Source of the DNA: Candidatus Omnitrophota bacterium | Lineage (GTDB): Bacteria; Omnitrophota; Gorgyraeia; Zapsychrales; Zapsychraceae | NCBI GenBank assembly: GCA_015233115.1 | Contig: JADFYJ010000009.1 | Location: 12,163 to 76,162, forward strand | Direction of reading: 5' to 3' | DNA length: 64,000 nt | Shown here: one piece after another, positions 1 through 11,000 of the stretch | Layout: every line of letters starts with the position of its first letter | Numbering within the stretch: the first letter of the stretch is position 1 | Translations under genes and position numbers: made by a program | Notes under the pieces: generated by a model | What the model saw: only the letters and a program-made list of their open reading frames with translations | Database searches by the model: none | Told to the model about the DNA's origin: nothing

Positions 1-357
1 CGTTCTCTAGATAAATCCCGTAAAGTTGAATTTAAAAAGACGTCTTCAATCGATAATGTGTATGGCATTATTTATCGTTTCCGGATGAAGGGCGACGCTA
101 CGCTTGGAGCTCAATTGCATGCTGTTCTTCCGACGAAAGAAGTTAATTTTACGATTGCTAAAGAGGGAAATATAAAAGTTAATCATCAGAATCAAAAAGC
201 CTTATTCATGGCTGGCGAACCAAAAAATTTTGGATTTTGGTTTAGTGCTGATGATCGCAGGATTCCGTTGCGCATTAACGGAGCATTAGGCAGTATGAGC
301 GCGGTTATGGAATTTAAGTCGATATGTGACAAATTGTGTGGGGGAGATGCGAAATGA
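1..357 (+). CDS. Hypothetical protein, 3' portion. The reading frame is open back to window position 1, so the gene starts upstream of the window.
   Basis: ORF 58..357 has no in-frame stop upstream to position 1. Its stop overlaps the ATG of the next gene in an ATGA motif. Confidence 0.45.
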   Translation, partial: RSLDKSRKVEFKKTSSIDNVYGIIYRFRMKGDATLGAQLHAVLPTKEVNFTIAKEGNIKVNHQNQKALFMAGEPKNFGFWFSADDRRIPLRINGALGSMSAVMEFKSICDKLCGGDAK

Positions 358-2318
358 AGCATTGCCCAGTATGCCAAGAAATGGAATTAACGCCTGTTTT
401 GACCCGGCAGGGTGTGGAAGTTGATCTGTGTTCTCAATGTGAAGGTATTGGGCTGGACAAAGATTTGATTTTTTATTTTACAAAATTTCCTGATTATTGG
501 CAGAAAAAAATAACAGAGGCGCAATTAAAACACGCACCGCTCGATTGGGTTGAATTTGGCGTTAAAATTCAATATGATCCTCCAAGCGGCAGGATATGGC
601 TGGATAAAGAATCCATAAAAAAGTTTTCGCTCGATAAGCTAAAGATTAATGTTGATAAACAATTTTATTTTGATGGCGAATTTGAAGGCGTCACCCAAGA
701 TGCGTACATGCCTAACAGCCGGATTGGACTTTTGCCTTTACCAAATTTGCTATTGAGTTCAATGGTGAGTTTAGCTGGATTATATGGTGTGGCTATTTTG
801 TTTTCTTGGCTGCCCGTGGTATTGTTGAGAATGCCGGTTTTGGCGATATTTCCTCTCGGTATCTTGGTTTTGATCCTGCAATTATTGTTCAGCCCTGCTT
901 GGATGGATGTCCTTTTAAAGACATTTTATCAAGTAGACTGGACTGATATTGCCATTTTAGAAAAAAATTATCCGCAATGGATTTTATTCCTTAGAGAAAC
1001 CTGCCAGTCAAAAGGAATTTCTTTGCCCAGAATTGGCGTGATCCCGGATGGTTCACCGCAATCTTTTATTTATGGGAATCATTCGAATAACAGCAGGTTA
1101 ATTGTCTCAGAAGGATTATTAGATCTTTTAAACTCGGACGAAATTAATGCGGTCACTGCTCATGAAATTGGTCATGCGGTTTTGGGCGATATGGTATTGA
1201 TGACTAGTGGACAATTGGTGCCTTTAGTTTTTAATTATTGGTATTTGAATTTAACCCAAGGGCGGCCCGTTCAGGATAAATATGCGGCAGGTCGATATGC
1301 GGCTGCGACCGCAGCGTATGGGGTGTCGGCCCTGAGTTCGTCAGTGATTTTGTGGTCGTCCCGGGTACGGGAATATAGTGCGGATCGTTTTGCCGCAGAG
1401 TTAACTGGTCATCCGGAAAAATTATGTTCAGCTTTGGTTAAGGTTGGTTATGGTCAATCCGGAAGGATTACCGGACATAAAAAAAATTCTAGGTCGGAAA
1501 ACTTTCAAGCGGTCAGTGTTTTAGGAATATTTGACCGGGAACAGGCGTTAAGTTTAACGGCTGTATCCACTTTAAAACATTTGTCGAAATGGGATTTTTG
1601 GAATCCCTGGGCCATGTATTATGAATTATTTTCAACGCACCCGTTATTGGCAAAACGTGTTAGATTGTTGAATAATTTATCGGAATATCTTGGAAAAGAA
1701 CCCTATGTCCGGTTAGATGATAAAAGACCGGAGTCGTTTTGGGTTAATTTTATTTTTGAATTGATGATGAATTTAGCGCCAGTGGTATGCATAGTTTTGG
1801 TAGTTATCTTAGGAATATTAGGGCTGGAACATCAAGGCATTCATGGATTAGGATTGGTTATTGCCGCGCTTGGTTTGGGATATTTTATTAAAATTCTTAT
1901 GGCTTATCCATCGGTCGATTTTCTCTCGATGAATATCCATGCGTTATTAAAGAAAATTAAAGTATCCTATGTCCGGCCTGTGGCCTGCCGGATTCGTGGG
2001 CGGATTGCGGGGCAGGGAGCCAGTACGGCCCTTGATTCTGAAAATTTGTTAATACATGATGAAACTGGTATGATGCTGGTGGATTATGAACCACTTTTAA
2101 CATATTGGGACCGGTTTATTGGTTTGTATAAAGAAAAAAATATTTTCGATAAAGAAGTCGAAATTTTTGGCTGGTACCGCAGGAGTCCGGTGCCGTATAT
2201 TGAAATCAGAGAAGTTAGGGATAATAATGGGCGGTATAAATGCTATATTTATGACGTGAAATTTTATTGCGCGATTTTTTTGATGTTTATTGGATTGTTA
2301 ATTTCGATGATTTTTTAA
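354..2318 (+). CDS. Membrane zinc metalloprotease of the M48 (HtpX-like) family with an N-terminal zinc-ribbon
   Basis: CPVCQ...CSQCEG zinc ribbon at the N-terminus. HEIGHAVLGD (HExxH) motif. Several hydrophobic helices. Start taken as MKHCPVCQ at 354, giving an ATGA overlap with the upstream ORF. Confidence 0.7.
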   Translation: MKHCPVCQEMELTPVLTRQGVEVDLCSQCEGIGLDKDLIFYFTKFPDYWQKKITEAQLKHAPLDWVEFGVKIQYDPPSGRIWLDKESIKKFSLDKLKINVDKQFYFDGEFEGVTQDAYMPNSRIGLLPLPNLLLSSMVSLAGLYGVAILFSWLPVVLLRMPVLAIFPLGILVLILQLLFSPAWMDVLLKTFYQVDWTDIAILEKNYPQWILFLRETCQSKGISLPRIGVIPDGSPQSFIYGNHSNNSRLIVSEGLLDLLNSDEINAVTAHEIGHAVLGDMVLMTSGQLVPLVFNYWYLNLTQGRPVQDKYAAGRYAAATAAYGVSALSSSVILWSSRVREYSADRFAAELTGHPEKLCSALVKVGYGQSGRITGHKKNSRSENFQAVSVLGIFDREQALSLTAVSTLKHLSKWDFWNPWAMYYELFSTHPLLAKRVRLLNNLSEYLGKEPYVRLDDKRPESFWVNFIFELMMNLAPVVCIVLVVILGILGLEHQGIHGLGLVIAALGLGYFIKILMAYPSVDFLSMNIHALLKKIKVSYVRPVACRIRGRIAGQGASTALDSENLLIHDETGMMLVDYEPLLTYWDRFIGLYKEKNIFDKEVEIFGWYRRSPVPYIEIREVRDNNGRYKCYIYDVKFYCAIFLMFIGLLISMIF

Positions 2319-2333
2319 TTTAAAAAGGAATTT

Positions 2334-3602
2334 ATGTACGATAAAGAAATATTAAAAAATGGTTTACGATTGGTTACGCATCATATGGGCCAACGTAATA
2401 GCATCGCTTTAGGAATTCTCATCGGGGCTGGCGGGCGTTATGAGAACACTAAAATTAAGGGTGTCGCGCATTTTATTGAACATATGGCGTTTAAAGGCAG
2501 CCAAAAATACGCATGCGAAGAGATTAAAGAAAAGATTGAAGGCGTAGGGGGAAGTTTGAATGCTTTTACTTCTGAGGAGCAGACTTGTTTTTACGCCAAG
2601 ATTCCTTCGAAACATTTTGAGCAGACCTTTGACATTTTAGCTGACATTGTTTTTTTTCCAAAACTAACCACTAAGGATGCGAATAAAGAAAAAGCTGTCA
2701 TTGCGGAAGAAATTAAAATGTACGCGGATCAGCCTCAGCATCATGTTTATGATGTGTTAGAAAAATTAATGTGGGAGGATCATCCGCTAGGTCAGGGTTT
2801 GGCGGGCACGGTTGAATCTGTGATGGGTATGAGCAGGCAGGATCTTTTGAAATTTCATCAAGAACATTATACGGCGTCGAACACGGTAATCGGGATTGCT
2901 GGCGAGGTCGATAACACAAAAATCATGCGGACAATCAAACAAAAATTGGCAGGATTAGATAAAAAGGAAATTCCGGGTTTTGTTCCTGGCCATTTGGAAC
3001 AAAGTCACTCTCGTTATAAGATCGCGCATAAAAAAACTGAACAAATGCATTTGATTTTAGGTTTGCCTGGATTGCATGAAGAGCATAAAGACCGTTATAA
3101 ATTAAGTCTGTTGACGACAATTTTAGGCGGTAATATGTCTAGCCGTTTGTTTAATGAGGTGCGTGAAAAACGTGGCTTGGCCTATTCGATCGGCTGCAGT
3201 GTCAAATTTTTACATGATACGGGTCTTTTTGCTGTGCGCGCAGGTGTTGATAACCGTAAATTGGTCCAGGCTTTTGATTTGATCGTGAAAGAATTGAATA
3301 AAGTAAAAAAATATGGTGTTACCGAAGACGAATTTACCCGCGCTAAAGATTATTTAGTAGGTCAATTGCTTCTGAGCCTGGAAGATACCATGGACCATAT
3401 GTTATGGATGGCAGAGTGGGTGATGCAGCACAACAAAGTCAAGACTGTCAAAGAAGTCCTTGATGATTTTGCGAAAATTAAGCGTCAAGACATCCAAGCC
3501 ATTGCCCAAGAGATTATTGATGAAAATAAATTTAATTTAGCCATTGTTGGGCCGGTCAACAAGGAACAGGAATCAGAGTTGAAGGGGATTTTACAAATTT
3601 AA
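2334..3602 (+). CDS. M16-family (insulinase/pitrilysin-like) zinc peptidase
   Basis: HFIEHMAFKG inverted zinc motif (HxxEH). Length about 420 aa, typical of M16B. Confidence 0.8.
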   Translation: MYDKEILKNGLRLVTHHMGQRNSIALGILIGAGGRYENTKIKGVAHFIEHMAFKGSQKYACEEIKEKIEGVGGSLNAFTSEEQTCFYAKIPSKHFEQTFDILADIVFFPKLTTKDANKEKAVIAEEIKMYADQPQHHVYDVLEKLMWEDHPLGQGLAGTVESVMGMSRQDLLKFHQEHYTASNTVIGIAGEVDNTKIMRTIKQKLAGLDKKEIPGFVPGHLEQSHSRYKIAHKKTEQMHLILGLPGLHEEHKDRYKLSLLTTILGGNMSSRLFNEVREKRGLAYSIGCSVKFLHDTGLFAVRAGVDNRKLVQAFDLIVKELNKVKKYGVTEDEFTRAKDYLVGQLLLSLEDTMDHMLWMAEWVMQHNKVKTVKEVLDDFAKIKRQDIQAIAQEIIDENKFNLAIVGPVNKEQESELKGILQI

Positions 3603-3626
3603 AGTCAGAAGGTCAGAAGTCAGAAT
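3603..3626 (+). repeat. Heptamer tandem array GTCAGAA x3 after the M16 peptidase gene
   Basis: AGTCAGAAGGTCAGAAGTCAGAA. Confidence 0.6.
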
Positions 3627-3762
3627 ACAGCGATTTTTGTAATCTTTTATGTTTGTTTTATTTTCTGATATTTTTTGTCAATTTTTATGCTTTTCCAAGT
3701 CGCCTTGCCATTTAAATATTCATCGTATATATTTGTATTAATTTATTAATACATATAGAACT

Positions 3763-6700
3763 ATGATGAATAATCGAATACGCCAAAAATTTATTTCTGG
3801 TCTTATGGTGATTTTTTTTACTATAGGATCAATTGTGCCTTCTTACGGTCAGGCATTTATTTCGCAAGCCGGAATCATGCCCTCAACGCCTGTTACGTTA
3901 AGCCCAACATTTAATCTTCCTTTGTTGACCGGTATAAAGGTTTATCCTGATAAACCGTTTCGTTTTGATTTCATTATTTCCCGCGGAGCGGGCAATAATG
4001 ACCCTGAGCGACTAACAGGAGTCGAAGGGTTACAATTGAAAAAAGAATCCGAAACGCTGATCAAATATTTTCTTGCCTCATTAACTGTTCCGGAAAAAGA
4101 TTTATGGGTGAATTTATCTCCGCAAGAAAAAAGCCGCATCATCACTAAAGAATTCGGCGAAACAGAAATGGGTCGCGATTTGCTTGCCCAGGATTACATT
4201 TTAAAACAACTCACGGCTAGTTTAATGAGTCCTGACGGGGAAGTAGGTCGGGAATTTTGGGATGCCGTGTATTTAAAAATTTATGAAAATAGAAGGGAGA
4301 ATATAGAAGATAGACAAGCAACAAAAAACAAAACAACTTTATCAGTCGCTTCTAATCTATCTTCTCCTGTCTATCATCTATCTTCTGGTAATTTAGAGGT
4401 TCCAACAAATATTCTAAGCAAAGTATGGATTATTCCTGAGAAAGCAGTCATTCTTGAAAAACCGCCTAATTCTGATCAGCCGAATGCGACCGCGTATATT
4501 GCGGAAGCCAAATTAAAGGTGATGATGGAAGATGATTATTTTATTGAAAAGAGAAGAGAGAATTTAGAAGATAGACAAACAACAAAAAACAAAACTGCAT
4601 CCGTTGGTTCTAATCTATCTTCTTCCGTCTATCCTCTATCGTCTTTAATCAAGAAAATTATCATTCCTGTCCTTGAAAAAGAAGTCAATGAAGGTAAGAA
4701 TTTTGCTCAACTGCGTCAAGTGTATCATTCGCTCATTTTAGCCGCTTGGTATAAACGTAAAATCAAAGAAAGCCTTTTGTCTTCTATATACGTAGATAAA
4801 AAGAAAATTCAAGGTATTAATATCATTGATCCGGCCATGGCTGAAAAAATCTGGACAGAGTACGTAGAAACCTTTAAAAAAGGTGTGTTTAATTTTATTA
4901 AAGAAGAATACGACCCGGTTAAACAAACTATTGCTCCGCGCAAATATTTTTCCGGCGGGCTGACTATGGCCATGGATGCCGCGCTCTTAGTCCGTCCGCT
5001 TGAAACCAATCAAACCATGCTTCCGTTAGAGAATTTGCGACGCGAAATGGTGATTGAAACCAATTTTGAGTCAGTAAATCAGGCCCAACCCACAACAGAT
5101 CATGCTATGGTTGAAGAGCTGGAGTCACTCAGACAAGTTAAACATGAAATTGACAATTTATTAACTGGATGGGAAGGATATTGGCAGATTTTGGAACAAG
5201 GTAAAATTATCGAACGCGAAGATGGTTTAACTATGGCCATTAATGCGAGGATTGAAAAAATAAATGAATTTTCATTAAATATTAAATATGAAGTTTTTAA
5301 TTTGTCCAAGTCTCCTGACTTAAATTCTGCAGATACTCAGCAATGTTTAACTCACCTTAAAGAATTTTTAAGAGAAACCGATTATTTGTCACAGGAAATC
5401 AGTGTTTTAGTCAAAATTATGGCGCTTAAAAATCCTGCGCTTGAGCAAAATAAATATTTTAATGATTTTTCCCGTTTGCTTGAGTCAATGAATTACGCGA
5501 TTCACAAACTTATAGCTGGGGATTATGATTTTGAGCGGCTTGAACCGGCGCTGGTTGATTTAAATTATGTACTTCATCGTGATGTGAATTTAATTAGGAG
5601 TGATGCTGGTATCAGGGTTATTGAAAATTATGCTCCGGACATTAAATTAATTCCGCTCGATGAAATGAAATTTTTTCATGTGTTCATGAATTTGTTAAAG
5701 AATGCCAAAGAAGCGATGATGAGCAAAGGTGAAATCACGATTAGCACGGAGAAAGAAAGCAATTTCGTGAATATTATTGTGTCGGATGTGGGCCCAGGCA
5801 TTCCTGAAGAAATATTGCCGCAGGTCTTTGATAGTGGCTTTACTTATGAAAAAATTAATGGAAATGGCTTTGGATTGGCGATTTGTAAAAAAATAGTCGA
5901 AGCACATGGAGGAACCATTACGGTGGAAAATATTCCCGGACCGAGCGGCAGCCCTGCAGGAGCGCGGTTTATTATCCGTCTGCCGGCGAATGTTGATGCG
6001 GCAATGATTACTTCCGAGGCTGGTTTGTCACCGGCGCACACAACACAACTCAATATGTATCCAGTTACAGCAGGTTCATTGATTGAAAATAATCCACATA
6101 AATATATTTTTGTCGTTAATCATAACATGGGTTCTGAAAGGCGGGGCCAGGTAATCAGAAATGTATATCGGACAATGTTAAATATATTTGGTAATGATAA
6201 TCGGCTTTTTCCTACGCCTTTTTGGTGGATGGGCTGGGGAGGGAAAAAAAAAGCTTTAGTTATATTTCAAAAGCTTGTAACAGAATTGGTCAGCAACTCA
6301 CACCATGCGAAAGACCGTGATGGTAATTATGAAGATGTATTTTTTCAACTTACCACCCAAAATGTCGCTCATCAAAAATATTTATCGCTTGAAGTTTGGA
6401 ACAATTATATGGGTATTCAAAATATTCCTTGGGCAGTAAAAAGGCAAAACACCACCGGAGACACGCCTGGAATGGGATTGCCGTTTATCATCGATTTTTT
6501 GGTTTATAGTTTTGGGGGTCAAGTATCTATCGAGTCCGAAGGTGTAGGTTATAGATTTTCATCGAAAAGAAAAGTTTGGGGTAAAGATCCTAATGCCATC
6601 AGTAGCAAATTTTCATCTACTGTTAATAGGGGGGCAAAAATTTCTATTCTTATTCCATTTGCATTAATTGATTCGGCCATGATAAATACTGAAAAAGTTT

Positions 6701-8043
6701 TGCAGCCTACAGTTTTTGATTTGAAAAAAATTATTCCAACTGAATTACATGACAAAAAAGTTCGGATTATATTAATGGCGGATAATACCGGTACGCTCAT
6801 GGATAAATACGATCGTCCCATGGATGATAGAATTGCGGAGGGATTGCGCGCCTTAGTTGATAATACGGATAATATAATTGTGGTTAATTCCGGTGACCCT
6901 AAGGCGGCTATCGAACATGCGCATCGCAGTGTTTTGCTAGGGGCCAAGAAAGGCGCTCATCTACAATATCCTCTGACCTGGGAAGGCGGAACTTCAATCG
7001 GAACGTTTAATGATGATTTGAAATTAGAAATAACTGATAAAATTCCTGATTGGAAGGAACCATTACGGCATGAATTAATCTCCAATCTCGCCAAGATTTT
7101 TTATGACCAGGTTGAAAAGTTACTGAATGAAGGGAAGCTGACCGAGAGGATTCCAGGATTGACGCTGGATAAATTGGAAAAGGACCGGGAGCGTGCCAAA
7201 ACGGTTATTGATAATAAATATCTTTCCGGTAAAGGGAGCATTGTTTCTCCGGGTGATGAAAAAAATGTGGCAGTTTATTTATTGCCTGAATTTTTCGGGA
7301 AAGGCGGATATATATACGACTCTGGAGCCAAAGTGGCCCTAGATGTTGTTGATATGCTTGATAAAACCAAATTTTTGACACTGAAACATTTCAAAGATAT
7401 TGAATTGAAGGCCTTTTGCATGGTCGGGAGTTTAAAGAATACAACCGGCCCGATAAAAGTTTACGCGGGAAAAAATTTTTTAGATATCTCCGCCGTGACG
7501 AAAGCAGATTCGGTTAGAAAAATTATATATAATTCTGATATACAGAAAAATAGTAACGAATTCGTTACCCTTTATGTTGTAATGGGTGATTCTGGTAATG
7601 ATATCCCGACGATAAATTCAGAAATGGGATATCAAAAAAGTAATGGTTATAACCTTTCATTCTTTTTGTCCCATAGCCCTGAGTATGCCGGTGATCTTAA
7701 TCAAAATGTTTTTATTACAGAAAGCGAGCATGTTAACGCTGCCATTCAAGTTTTGGAGTGGCTAAATACTTTTAGCGGTAAAACAATTGCTGAAAGTGGG
7801 CCATTCAATGCTCTCACTTGGCAAACGTCTTCATCAGACGCGGCGATGACCGTAAAGGCTGTAAACGGAGGGATTGACTTAAACTCTGTTAATAAAATTC
7901 TCCATACCCAAAATACAGAAGATGCGATTCGGTTTCATGTTGATCCGGCTATGCGGCAATATTGGCATGATTCGTCTGGGTTTGTGCCGGTTATCATAAA
8001 CATTTTTCTCCTGAGTAATCTTAGGAAATTTTTGGAGATATAG
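3763..8043 (+). CDS. Giant secreted multidomain protein (1426 aa). Shared novel N-terminal module, a histidine-kinase core (H-box plus HATPase_c) and a long C-terminal region.
   Basis: Signal-peptide-like N-terminus. N-terminal about 350 aa are paralogous to the next gene (YPDKPFRFDFII, WVNLSP, TEMGRDLLAQDY, EKEVNEG, KEEYDP). VKHEIDNLL H-box. N/G1/F/G2 boxes (LLKNAKEAM, VSDVGPGIP, GNGFGLAI) around nt 5650-5990. Two in-frame repeat-element inserts at 4287-4386 and 4548-4650. Confidence 0.75.
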   Translation: MMNNRIRQKFISGLMVIFFTIGSIVPSYGQAFISQAGIMPSTPVTLSPTFNLPLLTGIKVYPDKPFRFDFIISRGAGNNDPERLTGVEGLQLKKESETLIKYFLASLTVPEKDLWVNLSPQEKSRIITKEFGETEMGRDLLAQDYILKQLTASLMSPDGEVGREFWDAVYLKIYENRRENIEDRQATKNKTTLSVASNLSSPVYHLSSGNLEVPTNILSKVWIIPEKAVILEKPPNSDQPNATAYIAEAKLKVMMEDDYFIEKRRENLEDRQTTKNKTASVGSNLSSSVYPLSSLIKKIIIPVLEKEVNEGKNFAQLRQVYHSLILAAWYKRKIKESLLSSIYVDKKKIQGINIIDPAMAEKIWTEYVETFKKGVFNFIKEEYDPVKQTIAPRKYFSGGLTMAMDAALLVRPLETNQTMLPLENLRREMVIETNFESVNQAQPTTDHAMVEELESLRQVKHEIDNLLTGWEGYWQILEQGKIIEREDGLTMAINARIEKINEFSLNIKYEVFNLSKSPDLNSADTQQCLTHLKEFLRETDYLSQEISVLVKIMALKNPALEQNKYFNDFSRLLESMNYAIHKLIAGDYDFERLEPALVDLNYVLHRDVNLIRSDAGIRVIENYAPDIKLIPLDEMKFFHVFMNLLKNAKEAMMSKGEITISTEKESNFVNIIVSDVGPGIPEEILPQVFDSGFTYEKINGNGFGLAICKKIVEAHGGTITVENIPGPSGSPAGARFIIRLPANVDAAMITSEAGLSPAHTTQLNMYPVTAGSLIENNPHKYIFVVNHNMGSERRGQVIRNVYRTMLNIFGNDNRLFPTPFWWMGWGGKKKALVIFQKLVTELVSNSHHAKDRDGNYEDVFFQLTTQNVAHQKYLSLEVWNNYMGIQNIPWAVKRQNTTGDTPGMGLPFIIDFLVYSFGGQVSIESEGVGYRFSSKRKVWGKDPNAISSKFSSTVNRGAKISILIPFALIDSAMINTEKVLQPTVFDLKKIIPTELHDKKVRIILMADNTGTLMDKYDRPMDDRIAEGLRALVDNTDNIIVVNSGDPKAAIEHAHRSVLLGAKKGAHLQYPLTWEGGTSIGTFNDDLKLEITDKIPDWKEPLRHELISNLAKIFYDQVEKLLNEGKLTERIPGLTLDKLEKDRERAKTVIDNKYLSGKGSIVSPGDEKNVAVYLLPEFFGKGGYIYDSGAKVALDVVDMLDKTKFLTLKHFKDIELKAFCMVGSLKNTTGPIKVYAGKNFLDISAVTKADSVRKIIYNSDIQKNSNEFVTLYVVMGDSGNDIPTINSEMGYQKSNGYNLSFFLSHSPEYAGDLNQNVFITESEHVNAAIQVLEWLNTFSGKTIAESGPFNALTWQTSSSDAAMTVKAVNGGIDLNSVNKILHTQNTEDAIRFHVDPAMRQYWHDSSGFVPVIINIFLLSNLRKFLEI

Positions 8044-11000
8044 ATGTTTCAAACACTTCATAAAAATTTTTGGAGGATGAGAGCTTTTTGCTCCATTTTT
8101 ACAGGTGTTATTTCGCTTGTTTTTTGTGTGCCTTTAGGGTATAGCCAGATGATTTCCGGAACTGCGGCGCTATATTCTAATAACGCATCAGGACTGACAG
8201 CGTCTTATGCTCCAACGATTGTGCGGGGAATTAATGTTTATCCGGATAATCCTTTAAAGTTTGACTTTATAATTGATAAAGGCCAATCTAAATTAGGCCC
8301 AACGGCCTTTGAACAAGAATCGCAGAAATTAATCCGTTATTTTTTAGCCTCTGTAACTATTCCCCAAAAAGACATGTGGGTCAATTTGTCTCCCACCGAA
8401 CCTGACCGGATTATTCCTCAAATATTCGGCCAGACTGAAATGGGGCGTGATCTTTTAACTCAAGATTATTTACTTAAACAGCTCACCGCGGCTTTATTAC
8501 GTCCTGACAGTGAAGTTGGAGCCAAGTTTTGGGATGCTGTGTATTCAAAAATTTATGAAGAAAGAAAAGACCGTTCATCAAACAATTTCGACATTCCTGC
8601 AGATATTCTAAGCAAAATTTGGATAGTGCCTGATACCGCTCAATTATCTGAGCATGACAAAGGTGTCGATATCGTTAACACGCATTTGAAAGTAATGACG
8701 GAAAATGAATATTTTAATGATCAGTCTTCTCCTGTCTACCCGTTATCTTCTTTAATCAAACAAATAATCCTTCCCGCGATTGAAAAAGAAGTGAATGAAG
8801 GTCAAACTTTTTCTAATTTGCGTCAAATTTATAACTCAATGATTTTAGCCAAATGGTATAAAGCACGACTTAAGCAAAGTTTATTGGGACAAGTTTATGC
8901 TAATAAAAATAAAATAAATGGTGTTCGCATTAAAGATCGAATACAGATCAATGATATTTATAATAAATATTTAGAGATATTTAAGCTGAGCGTTAATGAA
9001 ACCATAAAAGAAGAATATGACCCTGAAGCTGGAAAGATCGTAGCGCGGAAATATTTAAGCGGGGGGTATGCTGGACAAAATGCTGACTACGCGATGGTTG
9101 ATGAGACTGACCCTTCGAAGGAACAGCCTGCCATAGATCCTGTAAAAGTAACGGTTGAGTTGTTCGGTCAAATGAATCCGTCGTCGGATAACAGGCAGCT
9201 TCTTAAAGCGGCTGGACATCTATTGGATGCGGAACATGCTAGACTAGATCAGTCCAATTATTGGAAAGCTCGCTTAATGCAAATTTTAGATATATCTTTA
9301 CCTCCGAATTTTGATTGTGAATTGAACCATCCTAATGCGGTCAATATGTCGGATTCGGATATTTATGAAAAAATCAAAAGGTATGGGACATTCATTAAGA
9401 TTTTTATGGAAAAAATTCCATATTATAAATTAGTGGCGGTGATATTTACGAAAGATTGGCAATTGAAATTTATAGAAAAAAGTAATGATAATAATCTTGA
9501 TGAAACAACTTATTATTTTACTGATGACGGAAGATTAGAAACGGAAGTGGCGTCCGTTAAAGATATCGGTATTTTAGATTTTTTGCAATTAGACCCCCGG
9601 ATCTCGCAGTATTTAACTTCTTCGAATGTTAATCCCATGATTCATAATGGAAAAACTGTTTTATTGACTGGAGCAGGATATATCGGCTCTGCGATTATTA
9701 GTACGTATTTGCAATATGGCACTCAAGTTATTATTTACGATCGAAACCCTTATAAAAGTGAGTATTTATCTTTAGTTGCTAATCACAAAAATGTCATTAT
9801 TGTCAGAGGAGATTTAAATGACCCGGATCGGCTAAGATCGGAAGTCATGGATAAGTATCACATTGACCTGGTGGTGCATTTGGCAGGAGTCACTTCTCCT
9901 CGAGAATCTATGAATTATCCTGAAAAGTATTTTCATGAAAACATATTAGGAACAATGAATCTATTGCATGCGATGAGCAAATACCAAATTAAACATTTTA
10001 TTTTTGCTTCTACGGCTGATGTCTATGGCGGAAATGAAGAGATGTTCGATGAGCGGGATGAGACTTATCCGGGAAATCCTTATAGTGAAAGTAAGTGGCT
10101 CTTGGAGATAATGGCAGAATATTTTTCTAAACAATATGGATTTAATTATGTGGCCTTTAGGATTTTTAACGCGGCTGGGGCTTTTTTTGATAACCCTTTA
10201 CATAGCGATGACGGACAATATTTTGGGGAGATTAACCGGACATCATTATTGGCTCGGGCTATTGAGTCGCAGTTAAGGCCGCAGGAGGTGACATTAACTA
10301 TCATGGGAAAACCGGTGAGAGATTTTATTCATATTAAAGATATTGCCAATGCCTGTTTAAAAGCATCAGCATACTTATACGTTGGTGAGGAAAATTTAAC
10401 TTTGAATTTGGGCACAGGAAGAAAAACGAGTGTTCCCGATGTAATAGATATGCTTAAAAAAATTTTTATTGAAAATGGAAGAGTTTGGCATGAAATTACT
10501 CAAGGGCCAGCCGTAGCTGGATCAGTGCAGCAATCAACCGCGGATTTTTCAAAGGCGTTTAATAAAATAGGCTGGTGGCCTGAGTATTCACTGACCAGTA
10601 TTCTGCGCACAGCCGTGTTATTTCATTTTCAGCAATTTATACGGGGAGATCATCCAGTCAACGCGAATGAATCTGTTTCTGATAACATTCTACCCCAGCC
10701 GGAAATTTTTGCGAAAAAAGTTTATGATCAAGTTGGGAAAGACACCGAGATGGTGAATTCCTTTAAATTTGAAATTTTATTCCGTTTGTTGGTTGATGTA
10801 TTAACTGCTTTACCAGATAAAGATAGGCGCCGGAATGCACTTCTTAAAAACGCAAGTGATATTAAAGCTCAAACAGGAAATGCTATTGATGCCATTGCTG
10901 ACAAGAAGGCTGGACAAAGATTTTGGGAAAAGTTCGGAGAGTATATACTTTCCTATTGGGATTTGGATCCTATTTATCAGCAAATATTTCTCGAATTGAA

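Noticed and set aside
6549-6947. 132-aa minus-strand ORF
   Set aside because: It lies fully inside the + strand giant gene, has no RBS or domain signature, and is a typical antisense ORF.
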